DNA from: Rubrobacteraceae bacterium
GTDB lineage: Bacteria; Actinomycetota; Rubrobacteria; Rubrobacterales; Rubrobacteraceae
NCBI GenBank assembly: GCA_035761765.1
Contig: DASTQK010000301.1
Span: 1-35,411, forward strand
Direction of reading: 5' to 3'
DNA: 35,411 nucleotides
In this document: in pieces, positions 1 to 8,008 of the stretch
Layout of the letters: each line of letters opens with the position of its first letter
Position numbering within the stretch: the stretch's first letter is position 1
Program-made: the position numbers and the translations under genes
Notes under the pieces: generated by a model
Databases searched by the model: none
What the model saw: only the letters and a program-made list of their open reading frames with translations
Told to the model about the DNA's origin: nothing

Positions 1-141
1 GCCGTCTACGTGGCGGCTCTGGCGGTGCTCTCTTTCGTGTGCGCCTACGTGGCAGCTGAGACCCGCCACGTCGATATCGAGGCAGAACAGGATGAAGAAC
101 GCCAGCTCATCGAGGAGCGTGGCGGCGCGACGACCAGCTAG
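1..141 (+). CDS. 3' end of a membrane transporter gene (C-terminal fragment, possibly MFS-type); the 5' part lies outside the window
   Basis: Frame 1 is open from base 1 to TAG 139-141 with high GC3. It translates to AVYVAALAVLSFVCAYVAAETRHVDIEAEQDEERQLIEERGGATTS, a last TM helix plus a charged tail. A strong terminator hairpin follows. Confidence 0.4.
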   Translation, partial: AVYVAALAVLSFVCAYVAAETRHVDIEAEQDEERQLIEERGGATTS

Positions 142-157
142 AGACCGGCAAACCTGA

Positions 158-191
158 CCGTGCCCCCGATTACGGGGGCACGGCTTTGGTT
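158..191 (+). terminator. Rho-independent terminator after the truncated transporter gene
   Basis: Perfect 10-bp GC-rich stem CCGTGCCCCC (158-167) / GGGGGCACGG (174-183) with 6-nt loop GATTAC, followed by CTTTGGTT. Confidence 0.65.
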
Positions 192-210
192 CGAGTCAGG
201 AGGCGCGAGT

Positions 211-1002
211 ATGTACGAGACCGTCCTCTACGAGAAAGGCGGCGGCGTGGCAACCGTCTCCCTGAACCGTCCGGACAGGCTCAACGCGTTCGACGGACGG
301 ATGCACGAGGGGCTCCACGCAGCGCTTGACGAGGCCGCCTCGGATGACGGGGTCCGCTGCGTGGTGCTGCGGGGTGAGGGCCGGGGGTTCTCCGCCGGGG
401 CGGATCTGAGGAGCGAGGACCTGAGCCGCAAGGACGGGGAGGCTCCTGACCTCGGCGCGTACCTCCGCAGGAGCTTCAGCCCTGCGGTGAGGAAGATCTC
501 GGAGATGGACAAGCCCGTCCTGGGCTCCCTGCACGGCCCGGTCTACGGGGCGGGGCTTGGCCTCGCTCTCGCCTGCGACCTGAGGCTGGCGGCACAGAGC
601 GCGAGCTTCTCCGTTGCCTTCGTCAAGATCGGGCTCATGCCCGACGCCGGGGTCTCGTTCTTCCTGCCACGCGTCGTCGGCCTGGGAAAGGCTATGGAGA
701 TGAGCGTGCTCGGCGACGCGGTCGGCGCCGACGAAGCGCACAGGATCGGGCTCGTGAACAGGGTCGTCCCGGACGGGGAGCTCGAGAGCGAGACAGCCGC
801 CCTCGCGGAGAGGCTCGCCGCCATGCCGACGCGGGCGCTGGGTTGGATCAAGCGCTCCCTCTACGCCAGCTTCGAGGGCGACCTCCCCGCCGTCCTGGAG
901 GCCGAGGCCGAAGGCCAGGCGGCGTGCGGGTACACCGAAGACCACGCCGAGGGCCTCGCCGCCTTCTTCGAGAAACGGAAGCCTGGGTTCAAGGGGCGCT
1001 AG
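211..1002 (+). CDS. Enoyl-CoA hydratase/isomerase (crotonase fold)
   Basis: Part of ORF 160-1002. ATG 211 is preferred because AGGAGG lies at 198-203. Crotonase blocks are present: VATVSLNRPDRLNAF, GRGFSAGADL and GPVYGAGLGLALACDLR. Confidence 0.85.
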   Translation: MYETVLYEKGGGVATVSLNRPDRLNAFDGRMHEGLHAALDEAASDDGVRCVVLRGEGRGFSAGADLRSEDLSRKDGEAPDLGAYLRRSFSPAVRKISEMDKPVLGSLHGPVYGAGLGLALACDLRLAAQSASFSVAFVKIGLMPDAGVSFFLPRVVGLGKAMEMSVLGDAVGADEAHRIGLVNRVVPDGELESETAALAERLAAMPTRALGWIKRSLYASFEGDLPAVLEAEAEGQAACGYTEDHAEGLAAFFEKRKPGFKGR

Positions 1003-1010
1003 AGCGCTGC

Positions 1011-1029
1011 GCGGAAGGGAGCCTTCCGC
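1011..1029 (+). terminator. Hairpin just after the crotonase stop (weak terminator candidate, no T-tract)
   Basis: GCGGAAGG-GAG-CCTTCCGC, an 8-bp inverted repeat starting 9 nt after TAG 1000-1002. Confidence 0.3.
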
Positions 1030-1190
1030 ATAGCGTGCATTTCAGCACGCCGCCCGCCGAAGGCCAGGTGGTTTGTCAGCATCCTCAGCTTTCTATCGTA
1101 GCTCAGAGGACCGGAGCGCGATCGAGCGGCGCCGGGCCGCTGAAAAGTGCGAGAATACGAGCCCGTGGGTCGAAGAGAGCGACAGGCCGG

Positions 1191-1973
1191 ATGCCCTTGA
1201 AGCGGCTGCGGGTGTTGATGACCCGAGAGGAGATCGTGCCGGAGAGGTTGGCCGGCGCGACCGCCGTGGTCGTGGACGTGTTCCTGGCGACCACGACCCT
1301 CCTGACGATCCTGGAGAACGGCGCTCGCCGCGTCTTCCCCGTCGCGAGCCTGGAGGAGGCCGAGGAAGCGAGCGCGGGGCTCGACGCCCCGAACGTCCTG
1401 CGCGGCGGAGAGCAGGACGCCGCGAGGATAGAGGGCTACGACCACGGCCCGTTCCCCGACGAGTACGGGCCCGAGACGGTCGCCCGCAGAGACGTCGTCT
1501 TCGTGACGACCAACGGCACGAGGGCCATCGCCGACGCCGCGCCCGCCGAGAGGGTTCTTCTCGGCTGCCTCCGTAACGCCCCTGCGGTAGCCCGCTACCT
1601 CGAAGCCTCCGGTACCGATTCGGTCTACCTGGTCTGCGCCGGCTCCGCAGGCCGCTTCACCGTGGAGGACTTCCTGGGCGCAGCGACGATCCTCTCCGGC
1701 ATGAGCACGGAGGGATGGCGCCTGAACGACGGCGCCTGGATGGCTCTCGACTTCATGGAACGTTATCGCGGCAGGGAACTGGAGGCTCTGGGACACAGTC
1801 GCGCCGGAAGGTGGTTCTTCGAGCACGACCGGGTAGATGCCTTCGAGTTCGTCGGCGAGATCGGAGCGAGCGAGCTAGTCCCGGAGGTCAGAGAGGGCAA
1901 GCTCGGACCGGCTTCGCCGGCCAGCTATCGGCCAGGAACCGGCACAAGGGAAGGGGACAACCGGGCGCAGTGA
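1191..1973 (+). CDS. comB: ComB-family phosphatase (2-phosphosulfolactate phosphatase family)
   Basis: In-frame part of ORF 843-1973. The 1003-1190 extension has clearly weaker GC3, so the start is placed at ATG 1191 (ATG 1218 is also possible). Family blocks VVVDVFLATTTLL, LRGGEQDAARIEGYDHGPFP and VFVTTNGTRAI are present. Confidence 0.7.
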   Translation: MPLKRLRVLMTREEIVPERLAGATAVVVDVFLATTTLLTILENGARRVFPVASLEEAEEASAGLDAPNVLRGGEQDAARIEGYDHGPFPDEYGPETVARRDVVFVTTNGTRAIADAAPAERVLLGCLRNAPAVARYLEASGTDSVYLVCAGSAGRFTVEDFLGAATILSGMSTEGWRLNDGAWMALDFMERYRGRELEALGHSRAGRWFFEHDRVDAFEFVGEIGASELVPEVREGKLGPASPASYRPGTGTREGDNRAQ

Positions 1974-2054
1974 ATCAGATAAGCCGCGGCGTGAGCGCTC
2001 TTGGTCTTGAGGCCAACCAATAGCTGAAAGCTGCCGACCAGAGGGAGGCACAAC

Positions 2055-3119
2055 TTGGAGACGATACGCGTGCGTGAGGGGGAAGAGTTCGACCTCGAGG
2101 CGGTCGAGCGCTACCTCAGAGAGCGCATAGAAGGTCTTCCCGGAGGCGAGCTCGAGGTGCGCCAGTTCCCTTCCGGGGCCTCGAACCTTACGTACCTGCT
2201 CAAGGTGGGAGATTGGGAGGGTGTGCTGAGACGGCCACCCCTGGGACCCATCCCCCCCAAGGCCCACGACATGGGCCGGGAGTCCCGCGTTCTTTCGAGG
2301 CTGCACGCGGCGTACCCGCTCGCCCCGAAGCCGTACTTCTTCTGCGAGGACGAGTCGGTCATAGGGGCTGCCTTCTACGTCATGGAGCGCCGCGAAGGCG
2401 TGGTGGTTGACGAGGAGTTTCCCGAGGGTGTCGAGCCCACCGAAGAGTTGTGCCGGGGCATCTCTCGCACCGTCGCCGACACTCTGGCGGAGCTGCACGC
2501 CGTGGACCCCAATGAGGCCGGTCTCGGGGACCTGGGCAGACCGGAAGGTTTCCTCGAGCGGCAGGTGAGGGGTTGGATCGGCCGCTACGAGAAGGCCAGG
2601 ACCGAAGAGATAGATGGCGTAGATTCTCTCACCGACTGGCTCGTCCAAGACATCCCCGAGAGCCCCACGCCCACCATCATCCACAACGACTACAAGCTGA
2701 ACAACCTGGTCTTGAACCCGCAGGACCTCACAGAGGTTCGCGCGGTTCTCGACTGGGAGATGGCCACGGTGGGCGACCCACTCTTCGATCTGGCCGTCTC
2801 CCTCTCCTACTGGAACGAGCCAGAAGACCCGCAGCAGCTCCAAACAGTCATGCCGACGGTCACCTCGACGCCCGGCTTCATGACGAGGAGCGAGCTCATG
2901 GGACGGTACGCCGAGAAGAGCGGGCGCGACCTCTCCCTGATGCACTGGTACATTGTCTTCGGCTACTTCAAGCTGGCGGTGATCCTGCAGCAGATCTATG
3001 CCCGCTGGAAGAGGGGCCAGACCCAGGACGAGCGCTTCGCCGACTTCGGCGGGCGGGTGAGGGCCCTGATCCTGCACGCCAACAGCCTTGCAAAGGGGGC
3101 GAACCCTGATGGACCGTAG
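2055..3119 (+). CDS. Phosphotransferase of the APH/choline-kinase fold (type found fused to or beside acyl-CoA dehydrogenases)
   Basis: TTG 2055 lies 6 nt downstream of GAGGGAGG. The catalytic loop IIHNDYKLNNLV and the metal-site block VLDWEMATVGDP are present. Confidence 0.8.
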   Translation: METIRVREGEEFDLEAVERYLRERIEGLPGGELEVRQFPSGASNLTYLLKVGDWEGVLRRPPLGPIPPKAHDMGRESRVLSRLHAAYPLAPKPYFFCEDESVIGAAFYVMERREGVVVDEEFPEGVEPTEELCRGISRTVADTLAELHAVDPNEAGLGDLGRPEGFLERQVRGWIGRYEKARTEEIDGVDSLTDWLVQDIPESPTPTIIHNDYKLNNLVLNPQDLTEVRAVLDWEMATVGDPLFDLAVSLSYWNEPEDPQQLQTVMPTVTSTPGFMTRSELMGRYAEKSGRDLSLMHWYIVFGYFKLAVILQQIYARWKRGQTQDERFADFGGRVRALILHANSLAKGANPDGP

Positions 3120-3251
3120 CGTTCGCACCAACCGCGTCCTGGAGACCAGCACGATGGGTGCCGGGCTGGATACCGGGGCGTGGCGGCTGGAGCGTGCCGA
3201 TCAGCCGCCTGGCGGAGCCTGAGGCGTGCTGCGACGACCGAAGGGAGGCAA

Positions 3252-4013
3252 ATGGGAAGGCTCGAAGGCAGGGTAGCGCTGGTGACGGGTGCGGGACGCG
3301 GCATCGGACGCGCGACGGCGACGCGCTTCGCCCGCGAGGGTGCCCGCGTGTGCCTGGCCGATGTGCAGCCGGACAACCCCGCGGAGGCGGCCGCCGTCCT
3401 CGTGGACGGCGGTATGGACGCCTTCGCGGCCCGCATGGACGTTACCAGCCGCACCGAGGTAGAGGACACTATCGCAAGAACGGTCGAGCGCTACGGCCGG
3501 CTCGACATCCTCGTCAACAACGCCGGCGTCACCAGGGACAACCTCTCCCACAAGATGACCGACGAAGACTGGCGGACGGTCCTGAACGTGCATCTCACGG
3601 GAACGTTCTTCTGCAGCCGGGCCGCGCAGCGGCACATGGTCGAGCGGGGGTACGGCAGGATCGTCAACGTCTCGTCCACCTCCGCCCTCGGTAATCGCGG
3701 TCAGGCCAACTACTCCGCGGCCAAGGCCGGTGTGTTGGGCCTCACCAAGACCCTCGCGATCGAGCTCGGCCGCTACGGCGTGACGGCCAACGCGGTAGCC
3801 CCCGGCTTCATAGAGACAGAGATGACCCGGGAGACCGCTGCCCGGCTCGGCCTTGACTTCGAGGAGTTCGTGGAGGAGATGGTGAAGGAGATCCCGGTGG
3901 GCCGCGCCGGATGGCCCGAGGACGTGGCGGCCGCGATCCTGTTCCTCGCCTCGGAGGAGGCCTCGTTCGTGAGCGGGCAGATCCTCTACGTAGCTGGCGG
4001 ACCGAGAGACTGA
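3252..4013 (+). CDS. fabG: 3-oxoacyl-(ACP/CoA) reductase-like short-chain dehydrogenase
   Basis: ATG 3252 is preceded by GGGAGG at 3243-3248. Motifs TGAGRGIGRA, NNAG and the S...YSAAKAG catalytic motif are present. The upstream in-frame extension to 3180 is non-coding-like. Confidence 0.85.
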   Translation: MGRLEGRVALVTGAGRGIGRATATRFAREGARVCLADVQPDNPAEAAAVLVDGGMDAFAARMDVTSRTEVEDTIARTVERYGRLDILVNNAGVTRDNLSHKMTDEDWRTVLNVHLTGTFFCSRAAQRHMVERGYGRIVNVSSTSALGNRGQANYSAAKAGVLGLTKTLAIELGRYGVTANAVAPGFIETEMTRETAARLGLDFEEFVEEMVKEIPVGRAGWPEDVAAAILFLASEEASFVSGQILYVAGGPRD

Positions 4014-4026
4014 GAGGGGAGATCGG

Positions 4027-4473
4027 ATGAGCGACGGTAGAGGGGCGCTGAACGGGGAGCAGCTGGAGCGCCTCGCGCGGTACTTCGACGAGGAAGTGAC
4101 CTTCTCAAAGCATATCGGGGCGAAGGTGGTGGAGGTCGAGCCGGGCCGCTCGGTTATAAGCATCGACGTCGATGACGTCCACCTCAACGGCGCGGGCACC
4201 CTGCACGGCGGGGTCTACGCCTCGCTCATAGACACCGCCATGGGCCTCTCGGTCCTCGCGCTTGTCGGCGTCAGGACGGCGACGATCCAGATGAACGTCC
4301 ACTTCCTGGGGGCGGTCAACGAGGGGCGCATTTCCTGCGAGAGCGAGGTCCTCCACCGCACCCGCCGGACCGCGACAGCCGAGGCGAAGGTACACGACTC
4401 GGAGGGCAACCTGGTCGCGCTTGGCACCGGGGCGTTCCGCGTCTTCGAGAGGAAGGGCAACGCGATCGTCTAG
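4027..4473 (+). CDS. PaaI/4HBT-type hotdog-fold thioesterase
   Basis: ATG 4027 lies 13 nt after the fabG-like stop. It is a 148-aa product carrying the LHGGVYASLIDTAMG block typical of PaaI-like thioesterases. Confidence 0.8.
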   Translation: MSDGRGALNGEQLERLARYFDEEVTFSKHIGAKVVEVEPGRSVISIDVDDVHLNGAGTLHGGVYASLIDTAMGLSVLALVGVRTATIQMNVHFLGAVNEGRISCESEVLHRTRRTATAEAKVHDSEGNLVALGTGAFRVFERKGNAIV

Positions 4474-4487
4474 GGGAAGGAGCCTTC

Positions 4488-5264
4488 ATGGACACGTTCG
4501 ATCTCTTCCGCCTCGATGGCAGGACCGCCATCGTTACCGGCGGGGGCCGGGGCCTGGGCCGCTACATGGCCGAGGCCCTCTCCGACGCAGGGGCTAACGT
4601 CGTCCTCTGCTCCAGGAAGAAGGAGCCGCTCGAGGAGGTCAGAGACGAGATAGAGGCGCGCGGCAGACGCGCCCTCGCCCTGGAGTGCGACGTTACGCGA
4701 GGCGAGGACGTAGAGCGGGTCGTCTCGACGGCCGTCGAGACCTTCGGGAACGTGGAGGTGCTCGTCAACAACAGCGGCGCGACGTGGGGTGCTCCCCCCG
4801 ACGAGATGCCACCCGAGAAGTTCGACCGGGTCATCGCCGTCAACGTGCGTGGGACCTTCCTCATGAGCCAGGCCGTCGGTCGGCGCATGATCGAGCGCGG
4901 GTCTGGAGGGACGGTCATTAACGTTGCCTCTATCGCTGCCCTGGTGGGCGGAAACCCGGACTACATGCAGACCGTCGGCTACAACGCGAGCAAGGGCGCC
5001 GTCATCTCGATGACCCGCGACCTCGCGACGAGCTGGGCGAAGCACGACATAACCGTCAACGCCATAGCCCCCGGCTGGTTCCCGACCCGCATGAGCGGGG
5101 CCCTGATCGAAAGCTTCGAGGAGAGGATGCTCTCCGATATTCCCCTTGGCCGCTTCGGTAACCCGGAGGACCTGAAAGGGGTCGTCGTCTTCCTGGCCTC
5201 ACCCGCAGCCGCCTACATCACCGGCCAGACGATAGTCGTCGACGGAGGCGCGACGGCCTGGTAG
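4488..5264 (+). CDS. Short-chain dehydrogenase/reductase (SDR), second copy
   Basis: ATG 4488 is preceded by GAAGGAG. Motifs TGGGRGLG, NNSG, YNASKGA and PGWFPT are present. Confidence 0.85.
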   Translation: MDTFDLFRLDGRTAIVTGGGRGLGRYMAEALSDAGANVVLCSRKKEPLEEVRDEIEARGRRALALECDVTRGEDVERVVSTAVETFGNVEVLVNNSGATWGAPPDEMPPEKFDRVIAVNVRGTFLMSQAVGRRMIERGSGGTVINVASIAALVGGNPDYMQTVGYNASKGAVISMTRDLATSWAKHDITVNAIAPGWFPTRMSGALIESFEERMLSDIPLGRFGNPEDLKGVVVFLASPAAAYITGQTIVVDGGATAW

Positions 5265-5461
5265 CGAACCTTGTAAGAGGTTCCTGTACGCCTTCTCGAC
5301 GGAGAGGTTCGGTGGTGTCGGAAGGGCCGCCGAGTATATCGCGTCTCGGTTCGCCGAAAGACGCTTACGCGGGCAGGAGCACCGACAGTGACCTGAGGAG
5401 GAGAATGACGCCGGTAACTACTCAGTGGCGCCACTGTGGTTTGCCTCTCGCTCTTCTGGCG

Positions 5462-5467
5462 TAGAAT
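5462..5467 (+). promoter_or_regulatory. Candidate -10 box (TAGAAT) for trmFO
   Basis: TAGAAT lies 44 nt upstream of ATG 5511. The same hexamer recurs upstream of two other + strand genes in this window (15987, 22297). Confidence 0.35.
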
Positions 5468-5510
5468 GACGGCTCCTGCAATACGCTACCGGTTCCCTGG
5501 AGGGAGATCC

Positions 5511-6878
5511 ATGCCGGACGTGACGATCATAGGCGGCGGGCTCGCCGGAAGCGAGGCGGCCTGGCAGGCGGCAAAGTCAGGCTGCTCGGTCGAGGTCTGG
5601 GAGATGCGCCCCACGAAGCAGACACCCGCCCACCACACGGAGGACTTTGCCGAGCTCGTCTGCTCGAACTCGCTGGGGAATCGCTCTCTCGAGACGGCTT
5701 CGGGGCTCCTCAAGGAGGAGCTCCGGCGACTCGGCTCGGTCATCGTGCGCTGCGCCGACGCGAACTCGGTTCCGGCTGGCGGCGCATTAGGGGTCGCCCG
5801 CGAGGACTTCGCGCGTGCCGTCACCGAAACCGTGCACGCCCACCCGAAGATAGATGTGATCCGCAAAGAGGCAACCGGCCTCCCCGACGGCCCCACGGTC
5901 GTCGCCACGGGCCCCCTCACCTCCGACGCCCTGGTAGAGAAGATAGAGGGCCTCTCCGGGGAGACGCTCTACTTCTACGACGCGGCGTCCCCGATTATCC
6001 ACCGCGAGTCACTTGACGCTGGCGTCGTCTACCTCGCCTCGCGCTACGGCAAGGGCGAGGCGGCCTACCTGAACTGCCCCATGACCGAAGAGCAGTACTA
6101 CGCTTTCGTCGAGAACCTCGCGACCGCCGAGCTCTCCCCCATAAAGAACTTCGAGGAGGACATGTACTTCGAGGGCTGCCTCCCCGTCGAGACCATAGCC
6201 CGCCGCGGCCCAGAGACCTTGCGCTTCGGCCCGATGAAGCCCGTCGGCCTTCCCAACCCGCGCACCGGAGAAGTGCCCTTCGCCGTGGTGCAGCTGAGGC
6301 AGGATGACGCAGAGGGCCGGCTCTTCAACATCGTCGGCTTCCAGACTCGCCTGAAGTGGGGCGAGCAGAGGCGCGTCTTCCGGACCATACCGGGCCTCGA
6401 GAACGCGGACTTTGCCCGCATGGGCGTCATGCACCGCAACACGTATCTGCCCTCGAACCGTATGCTCGAGGCTACCATGCGGATAAGGGAGAGCTTGAGC
6501 GAAGCGCCCCTCTTTTTCGCGGGGCAACTCACCGGCGTCGAGGGCTACGTCGAGAGCGCCGCGATGGGCTTCATAGCCGGCACCAATGCCGCCCGAATCG
6601 CTCGTGGAGAAGAGTCCACAACCATGCCGCGCGGAACCATGATGGGCGCCCTCGCCTACTACATCACCACCAAGGAGGGCACACTCCAGCCCATAAACTC
6701 GAACTGGGGTCTCGTCCCCGCCGCCCCGAAAAGAGATGCGGGCCGCCGCCTCACCAAGCCCGAGCGCAGACAACGCCAGGCCCGGATGGCGCTCGCCGCG
6801 TTGGAGGGGTTCGCCGGCCAACTTTGCGGTTGGTCAAGACGCCGGGCTTGCTCAAGCCCGTCAATCCCTCTTACGTAG
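5511..6878 (+). CDS. trmFO: Methylenetetrahydrofolate--tRNA-(uracil54-C5)-methyltransferase TrmFO (Gid)
   Basis: ATG 5511 is preceded by GGAGGGAG. The FAD motif VTIIGGGLAGSEAAWQ and the blocks ELVCSNSLG and FFAGQLTGVEGYVESAAMG are present. Confidence 0.9.
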   Translation: MPDVTIIGGGLAGSEAAWQAAKSGCSVEVWEMRPTKQTPAHHTEDFAELVCSNSLGNRSLETASGLLKEELRRLGSVIVRCADANSVPAGGALGVAREDFARAVTETVHAHPKIDVIRKEATGLPDGPTVVATGPLTSDALVEKIEGLSGETLYFYDAASPIIHRESLDAGVVYLASRYGKGEAAYLNCPMTEEQYYAFVENLATAELSPIKNFEEDMYFEGCLPVETIARRGPETLRFGPMKPVGLPNPRTGEVPFAVVQLRQDDAEGRLFNIVGFQTRLKWGEQRRVFRTIPGLENADFARMGVMHRNTYLPSNRMLEATMRIRESLSEAPLFFAGQLTGVEGYVESAAMGFIAGTNAARIARGEESTTMPRGTMMGALAYYITTKEGTLQPINSNWGLVPAAPKRDAGRRLTKPERRQRQARMALAALEGFAGQLCGWSRRRACSSPSIPLT

Positions 6879-7086
6879 CTGCTGGTACTCCCGCAGCCTC
6901 CCCCTGGGCCAGCGCTCGCGGCGGATGAGCTCGCGCGAGAGGCGCATCCGACGGCTGCGGCGATCCGGTTTGACCAGGACGGTCGTGCTGATGAGCGTCG
7001 AGCAGACGATGGAGACCAGGCACAAGGCGCACGCCGAGGCGTACCCTGGGCTGAAGCTCTGGTCTCCGATGCCCGGCCAGGATTCT

Positions 7087-7956
7087 CTACCGGCTGGCGA
7101 GATAGACGCCGCCGAGGATGACGGCCGCGCCCAGCACCCTCAAAGGGCCGAAAGCTTCGTCGAGTACGACGACGCTCGAGACCACGCCGACGAGCGTGAT
7201 CAGGTACTGGTACACGAGCACCCTGTCGGCGCCGATACGCGCGATGCCTAGCTGCCAGATCCAGTACGCGACGGCGGTGGAGAAGACGGCCAGGTAGGCG
7301 ACGGCGGCCCACGCGGCGAGGCTCGCCGTCTCCCAGTCGCCGCTGGCGACCTCGGCGGGGACGAGGAAGAACATGAGAAAGCCCCCGATAAAGGTCGCGT
7401 AGGCCGCGAGGGTCAGCGGCGAGTAGCGCTCGTGCTGGGTTCTTGACAGCACGTTGTAGGCGCCGAAGCTCACAGCTGCCACGAACACCAGCAGGTCCCC
7501 GGCGAGGCTCGAGCCGCCCTCTTGCAGCCCCCGCCCCAGGATTAGGGCGACGCCGAGGAGCGAGACCAGTGCGCCCACGACGCTCGTCTTTCTCAGCGAT
7601 TCCACCCTCAGCCCGGCGGCCAGGAGCATCCCCCACACCGGCGCCGTCGCCATGATGAGGGCCGCGTTAGAGGCGCTCGTCAGGCGGGTGCCCTCGTTGA
7701 GGGCGGCGTTGAAGATGGTACCCCCTACAAGCCCCAGCCCCAGCGAGGTGAGCACGAGCCTGCGCGTGGGCCGGGCCGGCCGCTCTACGAGCCGCAGGAT
7801 GGCGAGGAGCAGTAGCCCGCCCGCTGTGAAGCGCAGCGCGCCGACGAGCAGCGGAGGGATAGAGACGACGGCGATCTTTATCGCGACGAAGTTGAGCCCG
7901 AGCAGGATCGCCGCCACCACCAGCGACAGCTGTGTACCCGCCGTCCTTCCCCTCAT
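7087..7956 (-). CDS. EamA/DMT-family permease
   Basis: A 289-aa polytopic membrane protein with two EamA-like halves. The start is ATG at 7956. Confidence 0.8.
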   Translation of the reverse strand: MRGRTAGTQLSLVVAAILLGLNFVAIKIAVVSIPPLLVGALRFTAGGLLLLAILRLVERPARPTRRLVLTSLGLGLVGGTIFNAALNEGTRLTSASNAALIMATAPVWGMLLAAGLRVESLRKTSVVGALVSLLGVALILGRGLQEGGSSLAGDLLVFVAAVSFGAYNVLSRTQHERYSPLTLAAYATFIGGFLMFFLVPAEVASGDWETASLAAWAAVAYLAVFSTAVAYWIWQLGIARIGADRVLVYQYLITLVGVVSSVVVLDEAFGPLRVLGAAVILGGVYLASR

Positions 7957-8008
7957 CCTCCACGCGTCCGGCGCTCGGGCGACCCGTGGTCCGGACTCGA
8001 AACCCGGC

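Noticed and set aside
196-945. Many long alternative-frame or antisense ORFs in the track, e.g. 196-945 (-), 1875-3152 (-), 3201-4199 (-), 6659-7636 (-), 7953-9260 (-), 13494-14549 (-), 15557-16939 (+), 18921-20534 (-) and 21203-22675 (+).
   Set aside because: These are typical shadow ORFs of a high-GC genome. Their products are Arg/Pro/Gly/Ala-rich and low-complexity with no family motifs. Each fully overlaps a gene with clear motifs and the expected G/C-rich third position in the other frame.
1098-1135. GTAGCTCAGAGGACCGGAGC resembles a tRNA D-arm (TAGCTCAG...GAGC).
   Set aside because: The flanking sequence gives no acceptor stem, anticodon stem or T-arm (no GTTCRANYC), so it is not a tRNA.
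843-1190. N-terminal extensions offered by the ORF track: 843-1190 (comB), 3180-3251, 5436-5510, 10874-11056, 10670-10921, 11469-11600, 25029-25109, 29275-29415 and 32390-32455.
   Set aside because: Where I checked (843-1190, 11469-11600), the extension has mixed or AT-rich third positions. Others run through a neighbouring gene, promoter or terminator. Where I checked, a start codon with an SD or a -10 box lies at the point where family homology begins.
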